From Ruminococcus sp. (GTDB lineage: Bacteria; Bacillota; Clostridia; Lachnospirales; Lachnospiraceae), in assembly GCA_036308845.1 (NCBI GenBank), contig JAXJUX010000136.1:1-47927 (forward strand): a DNA stretch of 47,927 nt. The letters run 5' to 3'. Below the pieces are notes generated by a model. It had not been told where the DNA came from. It saw only the letters and a program-made list of their open reading frames with translations, and did no database searches. The translations under genes were made by a program, and so were the position numbers. This document shows positions 42,488 through 47,927 of the stretch, piece after piece (positions within the stretch are counted from its first letter, which is position 1; the number at the start of each line of letters is the position of its first letter).

Positions 42488-43759
42488 TTAGTTATGTGCC
42501 GGACGTTTTTTGTGAATCGGAAATGCCGGTTTCTTTGCATCACGATAGAGCACGGTTTCTCTGCCAGCAACAATATCATACATCTTTACCAGTTCTTTTG
42601 CATCCATTAATTTCGGAACCGGATACAATGGGTTGGATTCTTTATCCGCATGAGCAGCCATAACAGGAATATCTTCCGGTTTGATTTCGTAAAGATATTC
42701 CGGAATTTTCATAGAACGATTCATTTCTTTCACCCAATGGATGAATTTTTCAGAAGCAGTTACATCATCGTCCATCCACTCTGCAATGTCACATTTTCTT
42801 GCCAGTTTTGCCAATCGTTTGTAGCAGGCTGAACCATATTCATCCAACATATGTGGAAGAATGACTGCATTTGCCAAACCATGAGGAATCCCATACTGAC
42901 CACCCAGAGAATGCGCAATTCCATGCACATAACCTACATAAGACTGGGTAAATGCAACTCCTGCACAATAAGCTGCACGAAGCATCTTTGTTCTCGCTTC
43001 AATATCGTGACCATCATCATAGGCACGTTTTAAATATTTACGAACTAAAATAACTGCCTCTTCCGCCATTGCACGGGTATGTGCCGTAGTACTTCCACCG
43101 ATATATGCCTCTACTGCATGTGTTAATGCATCCATACCGGTTGTACTTGTCAGATGCTTTGGCAGCCCAACAGTTACCTGCGGATCCAATACCGCATAAG
43201 ACGGGATCAATGCAAAATCGTTAATCGGATATTTATGATGTGTTTTATCATCCGTAATAACAGCAGCCAAAGTTGTTTCACTTCCTGTTCCTGCTGTAGT
43301 TGGAACAGCCACAAGCGTTGGCAATTTCCAATGAATTTTCAAAATCCCTCTCATTTTGCTGACTGGCTGGTGTGGTTTCGCAATACGAGCGCCTGTAATT
43401 TTGGCACAGTCCATCGAAGACCCGCCTCCAAATCCAATAATTGCCTGACAATTATGTTCCAAATACAAAGCTCTTGCACTCTCGATATTGGAAATCGTTG
43501 GATTTGGTACTGTTTCATCATAGATCACAGCCAAAATATCTTTCTGTTTCAATGCATCCAATAATGGATTCAACATCCCAAGAGAAGAAATTCCTTTATC
43601 CGTTACAATAAGCACACGGGAAATTTTCTTTTTGTGAAATGTTTCTGCTACCTCATCCATAGTATTTAAAATTTTAGGTTCTCTATATGGAAGAATTGGA
43701 AGCGCTGCTTTAAAACAAAACTGAAATCCACGACAATAAATTTTCTTTAAGATATTCAA
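42488..43759 (-). CDS. Iron-containing alcohol dehydrogenase
   Basis: GGGSSMD, PTTAGTGSE, DALTHAVE and H..AH...HG motifs; probable TTG start at 43759. Confidence 0.92.
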   Translation of the reverse strand: MNILKKIYCRGFQFCFKAALPILPYREPKILNTMDEVAETFHKKKISRVLIVTDKGISSLGMLNPLLDALKQKDILAVIYDETVPNPTISNIESARALYLEHNCQAIIGFGGGSSMDCAKITGARIAKPHQPVSKMRGILKIHWKLPTLVAVPTTAGTGSETTLAAVITDDKTHHKYPINDFALIPSYAVLDPQVTVGLPKHLTSTTGMDALTHAVEAYIGGSTTAHTRAMAEEAVILVRKYLKRAYDDGHDIEARTKMLRAAYCAGVAFTQSYVGYVHGIAHSLGGQYGIPHGLANAVILPHMLDEYGSACYKRLAKLARKCDIAEWMDDDVTASEKFIHWVKEMNRSMKIPEYLYEIKPEDIPVMAAHADKESNPLYPVPKLMDAKELVKMYDIVAGRETVLYRDAKKPAFPIHKKRPAHN

Positions 43760-43778
43760 TGATATAGCCTCTTTTCTA

Positions 43779-44618
43779 CTATTTTTTATTAACAAAAATC
43801 AGACCAAATGCTCCTGGTCCAACATGACATCCAATGGTACTTCCAATCTGTCTGCGTTCTGTCACAGTGTATCCTGCTTTTGCAAATTTATCTTCCAGTT
43901 TTTCTGTATTTTCTGTTCCGTGGCAGTAGATGGAAAATACTTCATAATCGGTATCAATTCCTACTTCTTCTGCCAGTTTGATCACGTTATTGATTGCTTT
44001 TACTTTACCAATACATTTTGCAGGAATTTCAATCTTTCCTTCTCCATTTAATGTAATGATTGGTTTCAGATTTGCAAGATTTCCGATAGCTGCTGTCGCA
44101 CGATTGACACGACCGCCTTTGTACAGATATTCCATCGTATCGATTGCTGCAAAAATTGTTACACGATCTTTCAGTGCATCCAATTCTTCTGCAATTTCTT
44201 TCGCAGAACGTCCCTGGTCACGCAGTTTCATACCGTGATCTACCAGAATATTAATTCCACATGCTGCGGACAGAGAATCAATAACATAAACTTCATCGTA
44301 ATCTACGATATTTTTTGCAAGACGAGCACTCTGGCAGGTTCCGCTGATTCCGGAAGAAAGTGCAACACAAATTACAGAATCGCCTTTTTTCTTTGCATCT
44401 TCAAAAATTTCCAGGAAAGATTCCGGAGATGGCTGTGCTGTTTTTGGAAATTCACTTCCGTTCATCAACATTTCATACAGTGTATTTCTATCCATTTCCA
44501 CGCCATCAAGATATGTTTTTTCATTAATTGTGATGCAAAGAGATACGTATTCCAAACCTTTTTCTTTGATTTCTTCCATTGTATAGTCAGAAGATGAGTC
44601 TACTAAAAATCTAATCAT
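43779..44618 (-). CDS. DegV/FakB family fatty-acid-binding protein
   Basis: DSSSD, PKTAQPS, LSSGISGT, YLYKGGR, LKPII and HVGPG motifs. Confidence 0.93.
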   Translation of the reverse strand: MIRFLVDSSSDYTMEEIKEKGLEYVSLCITINEKTYLDGVEMDRNTLYEMLMNGSEFPKTAQPSPESFLEIFEDAKKKGDSVICVALSSGISGTCQSARLAKNIVDYDEVYVIDSLSAACGINILVDHGMKLRDQGRSAKEIAEELDALKDRVTIFAAIDTMEYLYKGGRVNRATAAIGNLANLKPIITLNGEGKIEIPAKCIGKVKAINNVIKLAEEVGIDTDYEVFSIYCHGTENTEKLEDKFAKAGYTVTERRQIGSTIGCHVGPGAFGLIFVNKK

Positions 44619-44632
44619 AATAAGATTCCTTT

Positions 44633-45079
44633 CTATTGTTCATTAATAATCTGATTCGCTGCATCGGCTACCGTGTTCAATGTTTTAATGGCATCCATTG
44701 CCTTATCTTCTCCAAGTTGATTCACGATACCATCCACAAGCTGCAAAATTTTATCATGTTGCTTTTTATAGGCTTCTGCTTGTTCCATATTAAAAGAAAG
44801 CCACACCTGTCGTTTATCTACCGTAGAACGTTCCCTTGTGATCATGGATTTTTTTTCCAACTGATTCAAGGTACGGTTCATCTGAGATTTCAACATATTG
44901 GTGGCTGCACACATATCTGTGGCAGTCAGCTTCTGGTCCGTATGTTTCAATGAATGTCTATACAAAATACCACATACCAGAGATTCATTATACGACATTT
45001 CTGACACCAGACGATTGTTGATCACTGATGTAGAAAGACGAAGCCAGGCATTTAACAATGCTTCGTTTATTTGATTCAT
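44633..45079 (-). CDS. MarR-family regulator
   Basis: LNQLEKKSMITRERSTVDKRQ winged helix; AAAGGAA RBS before ATG 45079. Confidence 0.88.
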   Translation of the reverse strand: MNQINEALLNAWLRLSTSVINNRLVSEMSYNESLVCGILYRHSLKHTDQKLTATDMCAATNMLKSQMNRTLNQLEKKSMITRERSTVDKRQVWLSFNMEQAEAYKKQHDKILQLVDGIVNQLGEDKAMDAIKTLNTVADAANQIINEQ

Positions 45080-45103
45080 AAAATTCCTTTCTTTTTGCAA
45101 ATA

Positions 45104-45159
45104 GTTCACTTTGTGAACAATTCACAATGTATACTATCATTAGACATACTTGTTGTCAA
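45104..45159 (-). promoter_or_regulatory. Sigma-A promoter plus overlapping inverted-repeat operator for the MarR operon
   Basis: TTGACA-N17-TAGTAT (45159-45131); GTTCAC-ttt-GTGAAC and TTGTGAA-caa-TTCACAA at 45104-45127. Confidence 0.65.
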
Positions 45160-45187
45160 CTAAATTATTTTCTCTTTTCATTGTATT

Positions 45188-45240
45188 GTAACAGTTCAGC
45201 CATAGGTCACATCCCGCCTTCAAAAAGCATAAACTGTTAC
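45188..45240. mobile_element. 53-bp MITE-like element with an imperfect 8-bp TSD
   Basis: GTAACAGTT...AACTGTTAC ends; flanks ATTGTATT / ATTATATT. Confidence 0.65.
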
Positions 45241-45480
45241 ATTATATTTCCAGTATCTTGTTTATTTTCCGGATTGCAATAACATATATACCACTTGCAA
45301 GAATTATTTAAAAAATTCTCGACACTTTATAAGTCATTTCTCTCTGTATATTATATAAACATGAGTTTTTTCCACCGATCATAAGCTCGTTTGACTGTTT
45401 TCTCTGGCTAAAAACTCAAAAATACCTACTATCTGTTTCCTGCAGCAACAGATTTGTTTCTGAACAGGAGAATCCAACCA

Positions 45481-45741
45481 ATGAAATATCGAAATGCATC
45501 CGAAATTTTTCCAGATGATTTGCTGAAAGAGATGCAAAAATATTCTTCTGGGGAACTTGTATATATACCGAAAAATACGAAAAGGAAAACCTGGGGCACC
45601 GACACAGGTGCCGTCAAATTTTACAGACAACGAAATGAAGAAATCCGCTATCGTTTTCGCCACGAAAAAATGAGTATCGATGAATTGGCAAACTCATACC
45701 ATTTGTCAACGGATACCATTCGGCGAATTCTCTATAGATAG
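45481..45741 (+). CDS. CD3324-like small HTH protein (Mor-like)
   Basis: MKYRNASEIFPDDLLKEMQKY..GELVYIP...RNEEI...SIDELA..YHLS..TIRRI; AGGAG RBS. Confidence 0.8.
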   Translation: MKYRNASEIFPDDLLKEMQKYSSGELVYIPKNTKRKTWGTDTGAVKFYRQRNEEIRYRFRHEKMSIDELANSYHLSTDTIRRILYR

Positions 45742-45743
45742 AC

Positions 45744-45816
45744 AAAACCGCTTTGCAGATCTTATGTGCGCTTATGTGTTTCTTTCGCACGATTCTACCC
45801 CCTGCAAAGCGGTTTT
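45744..45816 (+). terminator. Large stem-loop directly after the CD3324-like gene
   Basis: 15-bp perfect IR AAAACCGCTTTGCAG / CTGCAAAGCGGTTTT with a 43-nt loop. Confidence 0.7.
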
Positions 45817-45833
45817 TGTGTTTTATTATAATT

Positions 45834-46568
45834 TTATTTCCATCTGCATGTTTTGTCTTCACTGCATATTTGAAGAATTTTACCATCGTTGATCACATAG
45901 GCTTCTCCATAAACCGTTTCTTCTCCATTCTCAATGAAAAGATAACTCCCATCGGTCAGCACAAGAAATGTCTTCCCCCAGCTGTCGCCATATGTAATAT
46001 CTTCATACAATCGCATTCCATCCAAATACCAGTCTTTGACCATCTGATAATGCGGAATCGTCTTTGTTTTTGTAAGGCCAAGCCCCCGTATATAACGGAC
46101 AAAATCCGGATCAACAGCTTCTCCCGGAAGTTCCGGCTGCGCGTATACTTCATCTGCACTGTTCATCGTTCCGGCACTGATACCAATCACAATCCCCTGA
46201 AAATCTGCTATTTTTTCACGCAATTGAATTTCATGGAAAAATCTATTTTGCGTTGGCACATGACCGCCGCCAAGCCAGATCACATCATAGGATTTTAATG
46301 TTTCTTCCGAAAAATCTGTGGTTCTTCTATCCCACAAATCAAAAGTGGAAAAAGACAAATTTTCCTTTCGTAAAACACCTGCAAAGAACTCACACATTTC
46401 ATCATTTCTCGCTGGCTCATCCGGCGCTGCCGCAATCATCAGACAACGAGAATCTGGCTTCCAGTATTTTCTAAGATTTACTACAAAATTGTTCATTTTG
46501 TCCAATCCATCTACGGGTCTGCTTCCATCCAGAGGACCTGTTGGACTGCTTGTTAAGAATATAATCAT
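45834..46568 (-). CDS. Peptidase S51 (dipeptidase E)-like, class I glutamine amidotransferase fold
   Basis: IWLGGG, GISAG nucleophile elbow, GLGL and IPHY motifs. Confidence 0.82.
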   Translation of the reverse strand: MIIFLTSSPTGPLDGSRPVDGLDKMNNFVVNLRKYWKPDSRCLMIAAAPDEPARNDEMCEFFAGVLRKENLSFSTFDLWDRRTTDFSEETLKSYDVIWLGGGHVPTQNRFFHEIQLREKIADFQGIVIGISAGTMNSADEVYAQPELPGEAVDPDFVRYIRGLGLTKTKTIPHYQMVKDWYLDGMRLYEDITYGDSWGKTFLVLTDGSYLFIENGEETVYGEAYVINDGKILQICSEDKTCRWK

Positions 46569-46631
46569 GGTATATCACTCCTTATCTTCGATACGTATAT
46601 TTTACTATATTGTATAGGAAATGAGTACATC

Positions 46632-46685
46632 AATTTGTGTTTGTGGGGGTGTTGCGCAGGGGAACACCCCTCACAAACACAAATT
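46632..46685. repeat. REP-like long hairpin
   Basis: AATTTGTGTTTGTGGGGGTGTT...AACACCCCTCACAAACACAAATT (one bulged base). Confidence 0.75.
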
Positions 46686-46762
46686 TTTCCATCATCCCAA
46701 AAGAGGCACAGCCTCATTTTGGATGATGCCATGCCTCTTTTATAAAAAATTATCTTAATTGA

Positions 46763-47927
46763 CTACTCTTCTTTCAAGAAAATCTCCACAACCGTATCTC
46801 TCTCGTCCGGCAACGGATAGGAATCACATTCTCTGCCTACATTAAAGAAGAAAAATGCATTTTCTGCGTATTCTTTCAGGTTCCAGAAGAAACTTTCTTC
46901 TACTACAGAATTGTCTCTTACCATGCGCATTTTTTCGATCTTGCCTGCCATATTTTCCAGACAGATTGCGCCAGCCTGTTCTTCGTATACATGAGCATAA
47001 AGAATGTTTTTATTCTTTTCATTTCTTGTATATCTTCCCCATTCTGGTTTTGGAAGGTCTGCGTATCCGCATCCGTAGATGCTTCTGGAATTCTGCTGCA
47101 TCCAGTCACCTACGTTTTCAAGAATTGCAACCGATTCTTTTGGAATTTCACCTTTAGCATTTGGTCCAACGTTCAGAAGCAGGTTGCCGCCTTTACTTAC
47201 ACATTCTACCAACATATGAATGATCATTTTTGGTGATTTCCAATGATGGTCTGCTGCGGAATAACACCAATGGTTGTTCAGTGTAATACAAGCTTCCCAT
47301 GGGATTGGATTGCCGCCTGCATCTCTCAGACCAGCCGGTGGAATCATCTGTTCTGGAGAAGCAAAATCACCGGAATATGGTGTTGGATCCAGACTTCTGA
47401 TGGAACCTGCATCCTCAGCACTTCCTTCCAGACGGTTGTCTGTAATAATCCATGGCTGAATAGAACGAACCATTTCCATAAATTCTTTTGCTTTCCATTT
47501 ATCACATTTCATATCACCATAGGAGAAGTCAAACCACATCAAATCCAGCTTTCCATAGTTTGTCAAAAGCTCTTTTGCCTGAGCAAACATATAGTCCAGA
47601 TAACGGTCAAAGTTTCTGTTTTCATTGGAGTATTCTGGATTGTTTCTCATTGGATGATGCATATCTCCGTAATGAGGATAATCCGGATGGCGCCAGTCAA
47701 TAATAGAGAAATACAGACCTACTTTAATCCCTTCTGCACGGAATGCTTCCAAAAATTCTGCTACCAGGTCGCGTTTGCAAGGTGCATTGGTAGATTTAAA
47801 ATCTGTATATTGAGAATCAAACAGACAGAATCCATCGTGGTGTTTCGCTGTCAAAACAGCGTATTTCATACCTGCTTTTTTCGCAAGTTTTGCCCATTCT
47901 CTTGGATTATAGTTCTCTGCTGTAAAT
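46763..47927 (-). CDS. GH29 alpha-L-fucosidase (5' end outside the window)
   Basis: AGMKYAVLTAKHHDGFCL, MWFD nucleophile, GGNLLLNVGP; frame stays open to the window edge. Confidence 0.93.
   Translation of the reverse strand, partial: FTAENYNPREWAKLAKKAGMKYAVLTAKHHDGFCLFDSQYTDFKSTNAPCKRDLVAEFLEAFRAEGIKVGLYFSIIDWRHPDYPHYGDMHHPMRNNPEYSNENRNFDRYLDYMFAQAKELLTNYGKLDLMWFDFSYGDMKCDKWKAKEFMEMVRSIQPWIITDNRLEGSAEDAGSIRSLDPTPYSGDFASPEQMIPPAGLRDAGGNPIPWEACITLNNHWCYSAADHHWKSPKMIIHMLVECVSKGGNLLLNVGPNAKGEIPKESVAILENVGDWMQQNSRSIYGCGYADLPKPEWGRYTRNEKNKNILYAHVYEEQAGAICLENMAGKIEKMRMVRDNSVVEESFFWNLKEYAENAFFFFNVGRECDSYPLPDERDTVVEIFLKEE

Overview
A 47.9 kb low-GC bacterial chromosomal segment, typical of a gut Lachnospiraceae/Clostridia genome (inferred from gene content and style). 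In order it holds: a GH3 hydrolase; an alpha-galactoside locus (GH4 and GH36 alpha-galactosidases, AraC regulator, ABC transporter, YesL); housekeeping and metabolic genes (amino-acid symporter, MBL and NUDIX hydrolases, glgP, dipeptidase, acyltransferase); an XRE gene behind a leader peptide and terminator; a GPH transporter/AraC/YhcH/GH2 cluster in which the GH2 is frameshifted; a small variable region (DUF1622 remnant, membrane protein, DUF4317, Rpn-family nuclease); an F-type ATP synthase operon divergent from a LysR gene; glgB; a MarR-DegV-ADH-ALDH operon; a CD3324-like regulator; a peptidase; and a partial GH29 fucosidase. I saw no rRNA, tRNA, CRISPR array, prophage or complete IS. The most notable signals are: (1) an ATP synthase with no free delta subunit, whose alpha carries a fused delta C-terminal domain, and whose atpB may start at ACG; (2) two miniature elements with GTAAC-type ends and 8-bp target-site duplications; (3) an unannotated 38-aa leader peptide plus attenuator upstream of the XRE gene; (4) a probable internal antitoxin start in the Rpn gene; (5) a candidate fatty-alcohol/aldehyde salvage operon. 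All calls come from reading motifs by eye; no searches were run.
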